Assembly: GCA_038219845.1 (NCBI GenBank)
Contig: JBBRJE010000001.1
Location: 1 to 30,643, forward strand
Source: Bacteroidia bacterium
GTDB lineage: Bacteria; Bacteroidota; Bacteroidia; UKL13-3
Length of the DNA stretch: 30,643 bases
Direction: 5' to 3'
Part shown: positions 9,568 through 18,915 of the stretch, one piece after another
Numbering within the stretch: position 1 is the first letter of the stretch
Layout of the letters: the number at the start of each line of letters is the position of its first letter
Position numbers and translations under genes: made by a program
The notes under the pieces: model-generated
Told to the model about the DNA's origin: nothing
Seen by the model: only the letters and a program-made list of their open reading frames with translations
Databases searched by the model: none

Positions 9568-10578
9568 ATGAGATTAGTCACGTACCTTCAAAATCAGGAA
9601 CATCATTTAGGCATAATAATAAATGAGATTGTATATAATTTAGAAGCGCTGGATGAGCGCATTCCAAATTCTTTATTAGAATTATTACAGCAAGGTAGCG
9701 ATACCCTGATCCATGTACGTGAAATTGAAAATGGTTTGATTACCGGGAAAATCAAAGCAGAAGGGATAAGCTATACGGATATCTATAGCCTTTTGCGGGC
9801 TCCTGTTCCTTTCCCTTCTTCCTGCCGCGATGCCTATGCTTTTCGTCAGCATGTGGCTGCAGCCCGCCGTAACCGCGGGGTGCCGATGATCCCTGAGTTC
9901 GACCAGTATCCCATCTTTTATTTTTCAAATCATAATTCAATACAGGGTCCCGGCGAAATCTGGTGCATGCCTGATCATTTTCAGAAGCTCGATTTTGAAC
10001 TCGAGGTGGCTATTATTGTAGGTAAGAAAGGACGCAATATAAAAGCCGCGGATGCAGATGAATATATCGCCGGTTACATGATCATGAATGATATGAGTGC
10101 GCGAACCCTGCAAATGGAGGAGATGCTTTTAAATTTAGGTCCTGCCAAAGGCAAAGATTTCAGCACTGTGATCGGCCCTGTCTTTGTTACACCGGATGAA
10201 TTAACAAACTATAAAGTGGCGCCTAAAGAGAATCATACCGGCAATGCCTATAATTTGAATATGAAATGCTGGGTTAATGAGGTACTAGTTTCTGAAGGGA
10301 ATATGGCCGATATGGATTGGACCTTCGCCGAAATTTTAGAGCGCTGCTCTTATGGTGCCGATATCCTTCCGGGTGATGTAATTGGCAGCGGAACGGTAGG
10401 TACCGGCTGCTTCCTGGAGCTAAACGGCACCGGCCTGCTTAATGATAAAGGGTATAAGACCCAATGGCTGCAACCAGATGATATCGTGAAGATGGAAGTT
10501 ACCGGTTTGGGCACGCTAACCAATATCATGAAGAAGGAAGCCACAGATTATAGCCTATTGGCGCTGAAAAAAAAGTGA
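9568..10578 (+). CDS. Fumarylacetoacetate hydrolase family protein
   Basis: RDAYAFRQH, LDFELEVA, IMNDMSARTLQ, GPAKGKDF, GDVIGSGTVGTG. Confidence 0.92.
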   Translation: MRLVTYLQNQEHHLGIIINEIVYNLEALDERIPNSLLELLQQGSDTLIHVREIENGLITGKIKAEGISYTDIYSLLRAPVPFPSSCRDAYAFRQHVAAARRNRGVPMIPEFDQYPIFYFSNHNSIQGPGEIWCMPDHFQKLDFELEVAIIVGKKGRNIKAADADEYIAGYMIMNDMSARTLQMEEMLLNLGPAKGKDFSTVIGPVFVTPDELTNYKVAPKENHTGNAYNLNMKCWVNEVLVSEGNMADMDWTFAEILERCSYGADILPGDVIGSGTVGTGCFLELNGTGLLNDKGYKTQWLQPDDIVKMEVTGLGTLTNIMKKEATDYSLLALKKK

Positions 10579-10636
10579 AATTGAAAAATTAATTCATTAA
10601 CCGCCCCTTATATTGAATTCTTTTAATCCATTAGTC

Positions 10637-10653
10637 TTGTATAAATTATACAA
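10637..10653. promoter_or_regulatory. Perfect 8-1-8 palindrome (possible operator or weak terminator)
   Basis: TTGTATAA-A-TTATACAA followed by a T-run, between the FAH gene and trmD. Confidence 0.3.
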
Positions 10654-10718
10654 TTTTTTTTGCTCCATCTGATATTACTGCCTACCATCACATAATTTCA
10701 TCATTCGATTATTAAAAA

Positions 10719-11393
10719 ATGCGCTTCGATATCATCACGCTTCACCCTAACCTCCTTGAAGGCCCTTTCGCACACAGTATAGTAAAGCGTGCCATTGAGA
10801 AAGGACTGGTAGAAATTTACGTTCATAATTTGCGCGATTACTCATTATCAAAACAAAAGCAGGCAGATGATTATCCATTTGGTGGCGCTGCAGGTATGGT
10901 GATGATGATCGAACCTATCGATAATTGCTTAAGCAAATTAAAAGAGGAAAGAAATTACGATGAGATCATTTATCTATGTCCCGATGCTCCGGTTTTAAAG
11001 CAGGCGGATGTAAATAAATTATCATTGGGGGAGAATTACATTTTATTATGCGGGCATTATAAAGGAATCGACCAAAGGATACGTGATCATTTTATTACAC
11101 GCGAAATTTCGATTGGTGACTTTGTATTAAGCGGTGGCGAATTACCCGCCGCCATATTGGTGGATGCCATCGTTCGTTTGATTCCGGGATCTATAACCGA
11201 TGCTACCTCAGCACTCTCCGATTCATTTCAGGATGGCCTTTTAAGTCCGCCGGTATATACCCGCCCTGCAGAATACAAGACCTGGAAAGTACCGGAAGTA
11301 TTGCTCAGCGGTAATCATCTTCTTATTGAAGAATGGCTTCATGACCAGGCCCTGGAAAAAACAAAAAATATAAGGCCGGATCTGCTGCAATAA
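10719..11393 (+). CDS. trmD: tRNA (guanine37-N1)-methyltransferase
   Basis: [53 protein letters not shown]. Confidence 0.97.
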   Translation: MRFDIITLHPNLLEGPFAHSIVKRAIEKGLVEIYVHNLRDYSLSKQKQADDYPFGGAAGMVMMIEPIDNCLSKLKEERNYDEIIYLCPDAPVLKQADVNKLSLGENYILLCGHYKGIDQRIRDHFITREISIGDFVLSGGELPAAILVDAIVRLIPGSITDATSALSDSFQDGLLSPPVYTRPAEYKTWKVPEVLLSGNHLLIEEWLHDQALEKTKNIRPDLLQ

Positions 11394-11539
11394 ATGTTGA
11401 AAGGATAGCATCTTAAAAAACTATCTTATCAGGAGCAAAGATTTTTTTAAAACTATTGAAGAGGGGTTGCAGTACAATACCTTAAACTATGGAACTAAGG
11501 GAACAATAAAAATGCGTTTTAGGAAATAAATTTTTATCC

Positions 11540-14500
11540 TCATTTCATCAATAAATCTACCACCTTCTTCTCACTCCTGAGACCTCCATTTCCATCTATT
11601 GCTTGTATCAAAAGTATATAATGACCCGTCGAGGCGAGTCCTCCACCTGTAGTTCTCCCATCCCAGGAATAATAATTGGTGACTGCGGCAATATCGTTTC
11701 TGGCGATTTTTTTTATTTCATTCCCGCCGATATCATATACTGTAATATTTAAAGAATAATTTGCGGAAGGGAGCACGATAGAAAAGTTCAATTCATCCTC
11801 GGTGCCATCATTATCCGGTGTGAAATAGGTATTGGGCAGGAATACAAATTCATCAGGTGCTATAGATGCGTTATATTTCGAATTCTGATATGCGGGTGTA
11901 GCATATCCTACGGAAGAAGCCGCCGACAGCCAGTTACTATGGTTCGTACCCGCCCTACCAAAACTTACCCTTTCCAGGCTTATCCCATCATCATTACTTA
12001 TGAATGGATGATGCCAGTTTTTGGAATAAATTGCGGAATCGATTGGAGCACCTGTATTTGGATTGGAAAGAATTATTAAGCCTGAATCATCATCCAGTGT
12101 TTTCCAATCGGCAGTGGTATAAATGTTCTCAGGTGTAAGGCTATAATACCTTTGTTGCACCTCGGTATTATTCGTGCATAGGGCTATATATTGCCTGGGT
12201 AGTAATTGTAATGGAATATCAGACGCCGCAACAGTTCCAGTTGATAAGCCATATTTATTGTTTGAGGATAATGCGATGGATTTAAGATCAAATATTTTAT
12301 CCGAATTATTATAAACCTCAACAAATTCACTTGCATAAGAGGCGGCATTAAATAAAATTTCATTGATGACTATTTCTTCATATTGAGGTATAGAAGGATA
12401 GCCAAATATTATTTCGGCACTGTTAAGCATCATACCATTACAATCCATGATGTTCTTTATCTTCAGATGATAAATAGTATCTTTCTGAAACAAGCCTGTA
12501 CTAAGGACTAGTGAAATCTGATTCGTATTGTATTTAAAGTAATTTAAATTATAAGTGTCGGCTAAGGGTGGATTAAAATCAAAAATTGCCTTTGTTCTAC
12601 TACTTTCGAGGTCTACCCCCTTATTAAAAATAAATACCGCTTCATTATATCCGATATTATAAGCCCGTATTAATTTCAGTGATTTATTATCATGGGTAAT
12701 TCCTGCTACAGAATTTTTTTTGCCGGGAGTACCGCCCATGGAGGCGTTGCTGAAAAGCCAGTTTCCATCTACCTGGCAGACATTGTCGGCATCTATGAGT
12801 TCAATGCTCCAGCCTCCTTTTGCTTTCAGGTTGTTGTTGAGTGCTTTTATATCATAGGTCATGGTATTAATCAACAGCCCCGCACTATCTGTAAGTATAA
12901 TTTTATCATTGTCGATATTAAGATATGGGAATGGAGAAACGAAGAGTGCAGGAATATTTCGCGAACTAAACTCAGAGATTTTTGCAGATGAAGCAATGAT
13001 AATAAAGCTATCTCTCATAAGTTTATAATCAGGCAGGCTTGCTACCGATATGCCATCCGAAATTTTCATGCCTTTAAGATTCACAGAAAAATTACCCCTG
13101 TTATAAAGTTCTATATACTGAGCCGAAGGCAGCTGTGGCTGTGAGAGTGGATTAATCAGCACTTCCGAGATCACGATACTTTTAAATTGCACAGGGAAGG
13201 CTTTATCATAGCTGAAAGAGTATGACTGCGGGCGGATATTGATACCATTACAGCTCCTTGAATTGCTGAATGTGAAAGTATAGGAAACTTGATTTTGAAG
13301 CGGATAGAATTGGAGTAATAAACTGTCTGCATTTCTATTTATCACCTTCTTTTGTTTAACATTTACATTGCTGTTTATTGTCATTTGAGATACCGATGTA
13401 CTATCCATTGTACTATTGAAGATTAACCATGCCATCGAATCATTGATTAACTCTAATTTAACAATCCATGGGGCAAGCGTATCTGCGGTAGGATCATAGA
13501 TAGAATTTAATTTCCCGGGTGTGCCTCCTGAATTATTCTGACTTGACCCCCAGTTATATTTCTTCTTACATCTCAATTTTGGATGAATCATTTCCAGAGT
13601 CCAGCCACCGTCGCTCTTAAGGCTGTTGCTATACCAGGATAAATCATAGCTTACTTCATCAATAATCTGGCTTTGTCTGTTCAATAATTTTATATCGTCC
13701 CCATCATTATTTAATCCTGGGAATCCGGGTAGTGTTATACTTCTGCCATAAGCAGCAAAGGAATTCAAAGAAGTAGTAGCGCTCACAATGAGGAAGCTGT
13801 CATTTAAAAGAATGAAATTAGGGAAGGTTGCAGTGCTGCTCCCGTCGGTGAGGCTGAAGCCCTGCAAATTAATATCATTCCCCGATCTGTTCCATAGCTC
13901 TATGAATTCATAAGCAGGTAAGCCTTGTGTTGGTGAAGGGTCGGCAAAAATCTCGTTGATTACCAGGTCGCCCTCCTGCAGCATATAATATTTAACTTTT
14001 CTAATGCTGGAACGCAAAAGGTTACCCGCCAGATCTTTAAGGTTTTTTATATTTAGATCATAATACGTATTTAATTGGAAGGCATTGGCGAACTCTAAAA
14101 TGACCTGGGTATTATTTGTTCCGCTCGATTTGGCAGATAATGGATTAGATATGCCATTAATGTTATAATTAGCGATGTTCAGCAAGCTTATCGTGTCAAT
14201 TGGTTCGTTAAATTGTACGATACATTGCAGACTATCTGATATCCAGGCGCTATCAACTTTTGGGGCACTGGTATCCTGCACAATAGTATTGACATTTATA
14301 TCGTCGAAGAAAAATTTTTGTGTATTAGCTGAGGAGAATTTAATTACAAATCCGAACCAGGACGAAGTTTGATAAGCGGGTTCAATAGCATTTCCTTCCA
14401 TAAGATAGGAGTTGCCGGTGCCCGTAGGATCCTCGTATAACCTGAATTCATTATTAAGGAACCTGGTTACTTTTATTCTGAAAATATTTGCCGAAGTGCT

Positions 14501-14932
14501 GCCTACCCGCCCATCGAGGCCATCAATAATTTTTGTTATAGTAGAGGCATCCTTTCGATAAAGGCAAATATCATCTGATGTATTTCCTATACGAACAAAA
14601 AATCCGGAATTCATTCCTTCCAGGTTAGCCGAATCGCTGATCAGAAATATATCTGTATAATTTACGGAAGAAGTGGCAAATTTCAAATCAACGTAAAATT
14701 CCCATACTGTGTTTTGCGCCAGGCTGCATGGAGTAGATAAATAAGTATGCGTTACTGCTGTGGATGCATTACTATTAAGCTGGAAGCCAAGCACTTTCCA
14801 GCTGCCCGCATCACCTCCCCATATTGGATTTGTGGTGAAATCTCCATCTGAAAAACTTTCATTTACCTGCGCCTGCAAGCCAATGCTTCCAAAAAAGAGG
14901 ATCAACCATAAGATTTTATTAGTTCTTATCAT
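11540..14932 (-). CDS. Secreted lamin-tail-domain/Ig-like repeat protein with C-terminal gliding-motility (CHU_C / T9SS type B) domain
   Basis: Signal peptide ending AQ; three Ig-like plus LTD units (VINEIFADP..EFIELWN, VISEVLINP..YIELYN, VINEILFN..EFVEVYN; GGTPGKxNS); C-terminal FTPDNDGTED..VYDIGG..WDG..G.Y. Confidence 0.85.
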   Translation of the reverse strand: MIRTNKILWLILFFGSIGLQAQVNESFSDGDFTTNPIWGGDAGSWKVLGFQLNSNASTAVTHTYLSTPCSLAQNTVWEFYVDLKFATSSVNYTDIFLISDSANLEGMNSGFFVRIGNTSDDICLYRKDASTITKIIDGLDGRVGSTSANIFRIKVTRFLNNEFRLYEDPTGTGNSYLMEGNAIEPAYQTSSWFGFVIKFSSANTQKFFFDDINVNTIVQDTSAPKVDSAWISDSLQCIVQFNEPIDTISLLNIANYNINGISNPLSAKSSGTNNTQVILEFANAFQLNTYYDLNIKNLKDLAGNLLRSSIRKVKYYMLQEGDLVINEIFADPSPTQGLPAYEFIELWNRSGNDINLQGFSLTDGSSTATFPNFILLNDSFLIVSATTSLNSFAAYGRSITLPGFPGLNNDGDDIKLLNRQSQIIDEVSYDLSWYSNSLKSDGGWTLEMIHPKLRCKKKYNWGSSQNNSGGTPGKLNSIYDPTADTLAPWIVKLELINDSMAWLIFNSTMDSTSVSQMTINSNVNVKQKKVINRNADSLLLQFYPLQNQVSYTFTFSNSRSCNGINIRPQSYSFSYDKAFPVQFKSIVISEVLINPLSQPQLPSAQYIELYNRGNFSVNLKGMKISDGISVASLPDYKLMRDSFIIIASSAKISEFSSRNIPALFVSPFPYLNIDNDKIILTDSAGLLINTMTYDIKALNNNLKAKGGWSIELIDADNVCQVDGNWLFSNASMGGTPGKKNSVAGITHDNKSLKLIRAYNIGYNEAVFIFNKGVDLESSRTKAIFDFNPPLADTYNLNYFKYNTNQISLVLSTGLFQKDTIYHLKIKNIMDCNGMMLNSAEIIFGYPSIPQYEEIVINEILFNAASYASEFVEVYNNSDKIFDLKSIALSSNNKYGLSTGTVAASDIPLQLLPRQYIALCTNNTEVQQRYYSLTPENIYTTADWKTLDDDSGLIILSNPNTGAPIDSAIYSKNWHHPFISNDDGISLERVSFGRAGTNHSNWLSAASSVGYATPAYQNSKYNASIAPDEFVFLPNTYFTPDNDGTEDELNFSIVLPSANYSLNITVYDIGGNEIKKIARNDIAAVTNYYSWDGRTTGGGLASTGHYILLIQAIDGNGGLRSEKKVVDLLMK

Positions 14933-15055
14933 TTGAAATACGAATATACATTTGTGAAATCAAAAACAAAATCTTGTTTTGACAATTTACTCGATTTTTC
15001 ACTAATTGTAAGCTTAGGGTAATTATTCAGATTAATTTAACATCCCCTCAAATTC

Positions 15056-15070
15056 TGGCACGTTAGTTGT
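15056..15070 (+). promoter_or_regulatory. sigma54-like -24/-12 promoter
   Basis: TGGCACG-TTAG-TTGT; GG-N10-GT versus canonical GG-N10-GC (one mismatch). Confidence 0.4.
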
Positions 15071-15080
15071 TTTAACCGAT

Positions 15081-15183
15081 AGGAATGTGAGGTCTTCGTT
15101 GCTTATCATTAAGCAACAACTCCATTCACTTTTTTTTCATTAGTTTTTGTTTCATTAAAGGGGAATTGATTTTCCCCTTTTTT
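15081..15183 (+). ncRNA. Candidate small RNA of about 100 nt
   Basis: Follows the -24/-12 motif; perfect stem GTTGCTTA/TAAGCAAC inside an outer GAATG-GAG/CTCCATTC stem; U-rich linker; ends in a plus-strand intrinsic terminator; no plus-strand ORF. Confidence 0.35.
15157..15183 (+). terminator. Intrinsic terminator (probably bidirectional)
   Basis: AAAGGGGAA-ttgatt-TTCCCCTTT followed by TTT; the longer U-tract is on the plus strand; it also lies just past the stop of the minus-strand gene at 15188. Confidence 0.7.
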
Positions 15184-15187
15184 GTTT

Positions 15188-16021
15188 TTATAGAGCCGCC
15201 ATTTGATTGATCAGTGCATTGCTCTTCATCGCTTCCCTTACTTCCTCATAACCAACCCTATTCTGTTCTTTTAATGTCTGGAGGTAGTATTTTGCAAGGG
15301 AATAATATTTTTTTGAAATGCAATACTCCAATAAGATGCTGTATTTTGCTGCATTTGATGTCTTCTTACTGTTTAGCAAGGTTCTCATACTCTTCATCTC
15401 CGAAGCATTCTGGGTATTTCTCAGGTGGATCAGCTCTTTGTCGATTCTCAGCTCGTTATAATCCTTACCTTTAAGATGATTGCTGGCTAATCGTATATTG
15501 GTATCGTTATAAATAAGAACCCTATTGTCATTCAAAGTGAGCAGCACAGGATAACGTCCTTTCGGCAGCTTTATGATTATGGTAAATGTATCCTCTACGA
15601 TATCGGTGCTATCCCAGGGAAACAGACCTTCCTCTCCCCGATAAACCGCCCCCTTGGATTTTTGTGTATTACCATTGGCATGGGCCGCAAAAGTTTGCTC
15701 AGCAAAAAACTTAACGGCCTTCTGCATTTCCTTTGACGTATTATTTTCGATACCATGAATGGTATTCTTCAGTAAATAATCCCCATTCTGCGTCACTTCA
15801 TAAATTCTATATTTCGAATCAAAAATAATCAGGGAAGAATGTGGTATGAATCGGATCTTGGTATCGTTGGATATGGAATCCATGGGTTTGAGTGTCTCCC
15901 ATTGCTTCGATTTATCCGAAAAGTATCTGATATTTCCAATCGTTTTGAAAACCGTATACTTACCCTGTGATGCTGCAATCAATTGCAGGAATAAAGTGAA
16001 AATAAGGAGTCTACTCTTCAT
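15188..16021 (-). CDS. Unknown secreted protein, putative CHASE2 partner (FecR-like N-terminus, GAVYRG motif, helical C-terminus)
   Basis: Signal peptide with IAAS|QG cleavage; beta-rich VFKTIGNIRY..W..LKPMDSI..KIRF; KGAVYRG; start overlaps the CHASE2 stop by 11 nt. Confidence 0.75.
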   Translation of the reverse strand: MKSRLLIFTLFLQLIAASQGKYTVFKTIGNIRYFSDKSKQWETLKPMDSISNDTKIRFIPHSSLIIFDSKYRIYEVTQNGDYLLKNTIHGIENNTSKEMQKAVKFFAEQTFAAHANGNTQKSKGAVYRGEEGLFPWDSTDIVEDTFTIIIKLPKGRYPVLLTLNDNRVLIYNDTNIRLASNHLKGKDYNELRIDKELIHLRNTQNASEMKSMRTLLNSKKTSNAAKYSILLEYCISKKYYSLAKYYLQTLKEQNRVGYEEVREAMKSNALINQMAAL

Positions 16022-17243
16022 TTGGAAAAATACTATTAATGGTATAAACTTTATTTATATAATGGATAATCACCTTATAAGCTCCTACCATGGGTTCTGC
16101 AAGGGCTACTGCCGCGATCATTTCACCAATATTCCATTTTATGCCATAGGAGCTCAAAAAGTAAATAGCCAGGATGATGATGATAAAGCCAAAAAAAAGC
16201 TGCAATGCTATTTCCACTATTTTGCGCCAGAAATGCTCTTTGCTCTCGGAGTACATATAAAGCATCAGGAACAGCCATATAAACAAAAGGCAAACAATAA
16301 TTTGTATAGGGCGGTTCGGAGTATATATAATATAATCTTCCAGATAAGCCTCAATGATATTCGCCTGGATATAAATTCCAAACATATCCGGTAATGATTT
16401 CCCGGCATAGTTCTCATTGAGCGGAGTAAAATGCTTATCATCGATAACTGTGGCCCCGTCTGTGCTTCCGCAAAATCCGATAAGTATTATTTTGTCTTTT
16501 AATATATTGAAGCTGATCGCTGAATCCAGTATTTCCTGATAAGTGAATGTAGTATAATGCTCCTGTATAGACTGGTAAGGTATGATAGATTCATCGCCTG
16601 ATAGCTTTTCCTTGAAAGCTTTCAGATCACCGCTGTCCCTGGATTTAATAAAAGTGCTGAAAGCAAAGGATGCCACCTTCCTGTCCCTGAAATCCTGGAC
16701 CTTATAAAAATTTCTTACTGTCTCCTGCTCTTCGCCAATGAAATTAACATAGCCCATATTATCCTGATCACCTAGCTTGGGCAACGCAAAGGGTTCAAAA
16801 CTGTAAATATTATTTCCAAGCGTTGAATCAGCATAACAGGCAACAACAATTTTTTTTCCGTAACTGCGGATGGCGCTGTCCAGCAGCGCATCAGTGGTGC
16901 TATCCATCGCCTTGTTAAACAGTATATCCAGGCCAATTACTTTTGGACCGGCCTTGTTTAATTTCAATAAAGTATTTGCGATTTCCTGTCGGTTCGCCTT
17001 GTCGATATTAACAGCGATGATTTGTTGATTCTGTACATTACTGTTATTCAATGTTTTTATTTTTGAGAAATAAATATCGCTCCAGTCAAATCCTTCAAAA
17101 GCATTCCCAGCAGGTTTAAACCATTCAGCATTTATAGGTATCAACTGAATTCCCTGGAAGATCACGTACATCAAACAGGCGCAAAAGGCAGCATCACGCG
17201 CCAATATCCCCAGGTATTTCCTTTTTGATTTTATATCCTTCAT
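16011..17243 (-). CDS. CHASE2-domain membrane protein without cytoplasmic output domain
   Basis: N-terminal TM; IIAVNID..RQEIA..GPKVIGLDILF; KIILIG; DKHFTP..GIYIQANII; three C-terminal TM helices, then only about 17 residues. Confidence 0.88.
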   Translation of the reverse strand: MKDIKSKRKYLGILARDAAFCACLMYVIFQGIQLIPINAEWFKPAGNAFEGFDWSDIYFSKIKTLNNSNVQNQQIIAVNIDKANRQEIANTLLKLNKAGPKVIGLDILFNKAMDSTTDALLDSAIRSYGKKIVVACYADSTLGNNIYSFEPFALPKLGDQDNMGYVNFIGEEQETVRNFYKVQDFRDRKVASFAFSTFIKSRDSGDLKAFKEKLSGDESIIPYQSIQEHYTTFTYQEILDSAISFNILKDKIILIGFCGSTDGATVIDDKHFTPLNENYAGKSLPDMFGIYIQANIIEAYLEDYIIYTPNRPIQIIVCLLFIWLFLMLYMYSESKEHFWRKIVEIALQLFFGFIIIILAIYFLSSYGIKWNIGEMIAAVALAEPMVGAYKVIIHYINKVYTINSIFPNEE

Positions 17244-17302
17244 CTTATTTTTGTAATGATCTTAAAAGTGAAAGATAATTTATAAAACAATTTATAAAAA
17301 AT

Positions 17303-18340
17303 TTATTTGATATTCCGTTCATCCAGATGATCACGGTATTTTTTGGCATTCAATTGATGATCTTTATAGGTTGCAGCAAAATCGCTATAACCACTGCCAT
17401 CCGAACGGGCACAGAAATAGATGAAATTATGTTTCTGGTAATTTAATACGGCCTCCACCGATTGAACTGCAGGGATACAGATGGGACCCGGTGGCAGGCC
17501 TGCATATTTATAGGTATTGTAGGGCGAATCAAAATCCAGCATTGAACCATAAACCCGTTTGGAAGTAATATCATTTAAGGCAAACAACACAGTAGGATCG
17601 GCCTGCAGCTTCATCCCTTTAGCGATCCGGTTTAAATAAACACCTGCAATTATGGGGAGATCCTTATCCCTGTCGGTCTCTTTTTCTATGATACTTGCCA
17701 GTGTTACCGCCTCCACCCTCGTTAAACCGGTTTCCTTACATTGCTGTATCCTTTTTTCATTCCAAAATTTTCCATAAGCTGATCCAAGCTTTTCTAAAAA
17801 TTTATCCAGGGATATATTCCAGTATATTTCATAAGTGTTCGGGATGATCAGGCAGGGCGCAGTTTCTTTGGAAAGGTTAAACTGCTTCAGAAATTTCCCA
17901 TCCGAAAGTTTCAGATTGAGTTCGTCGAAATTAATTTCTAAATTCTCTGCGGTATATTCAAGGAAGTTCTGCATGCTCTGGGAACCTTTTACCACAAGCT
18001 TCACAGGCTCCTGCCTGCCCGATTTTAAAAGTCGCACCAATTGATAATTGGTCATATTATTTTTTAACCTGTATTTGCCCGGTAGCACCTTATCCGGATA
18101 ACCCACACTTTGAGATAACAGAAGGAAGCTTCTTTCATCCTTAAGAAGTTTCTTTTCCCTGAGGATAGACATTACATCCTCAAAACTGGCCCCCGTTGGG
18201 ATATAGAGGTACTCCTTTTCTTTGTTGGAAGCAAATGAAATATTACCCTTGAAAATAAAATAATAGAAAGCTCCGGAGAAAAGAATGAGGAGCAGTCCTG
18301 AAAAAAATAAGACCTTCTTCGTTTTCTTTTTTAATTTCAT
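17303..18340 (-). CDS. mltG: Endolytic transglycosylase MltG
   Basis: N-terminal TM anchor; LASIIEKET, NRIAKGMKLQADPTV, SPYNTYKYAGLPPGPI. Start reassigned to ATG 18340 (MKLKKK). Confidence 0.95.
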   Translation of the reverse strand: MKLKKKTKKVLFFSGLLLILFSGAFYYFIFKGNISFASNKEKEYLYIPTGASFEDVMSILREKKLLKDERSFLLLSQSVGYPDKVLPGKYRLKNNMTNYQLVRLLKSGRQEPVKLVVKGSQSMQNFLEYTAENLEINFDELNLKLSDGKFLKQFNLSKETAPCLIIPNTYEIYWNISLDKFLEKLGSAYGKFWNEKRIQQCKETGLTRVEAVTLASIIEKETDRDKDLPIIAGVYLNRIAKGMKLQADPTVLFALNDITSKRVYGSMLDFDSPYNTYKYAGLPPGPICIPAVQSVEAVLNYQKHNFIYFCARSDGSGYSDFAATYKDHQLNAKKYRDHLDERNIK

Positions 18341-18485
18341 GAACTGTAAAAATGAGGAAAAATTATTTAACAGGCAAGTCACAGGCATGAAATTATAAGT
18401 CCTGGTTTAGCTGAATAGCAAGGATAATAATTCGTTCTATACTAAAGCGATATTAATTATTAATTTGAATTGAATAAATTCGCGC

Positions 18486-18890
18486 ATGTATCAATCTTCA
18501 ACCAATGTACGTGTACGTTATAGTGAAACCGATAAGATGGGTATCGTATATCATGGTAATTATGCGGCTTTTTTTGAAATTGGACGAACTGATGCATTAA
18601 GGGAACTTGGCTTAAGCTATAAGCAATTTGAAGAAGAGGGAATTATGATGCCTGTCCTCGATATGAGCTTCAACTTCCACAAATCAGCCTGCTACGATGA
18701 CCTGCTTACTATCCGCACCTTTTTAAAAAGCCTGCCCGGGGTACGTATACGTTTTGATTATGAAATTTATAATCTGAAAAATGATTTGATCACAAGCGGT
18801 CATGTTACCCTGGTTTGCGTTAAAACCTCCACCAAGAGGCCATGCCAATGCCCGGCAGCCTTAACAATAGCGCTATTACCTTATTTTTAA
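18486..18890 (+). CDS. Acyl-CoA thioesterase, YbgC/FadM family
   Basis: VRVRYSETDKMGIVYHGNY hot-dog fold motif. Confidence 0.92.
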   Translation: MYQSSTNVRVRYSETDKMGIVYHGNYAAFFEIGRTDALRELGLSYKQFEEEGIMMPVLDMSFNFHKSACYDDLLTIRTFLKSLPGVRIRFDYEIYNLKNDLITSGHVTLVCVKTSTKRPCQCPAALTIALLPYF

Positions 18891-18915
18891 TAGAATATAT
18901 ATTTAATTTCCCCAA

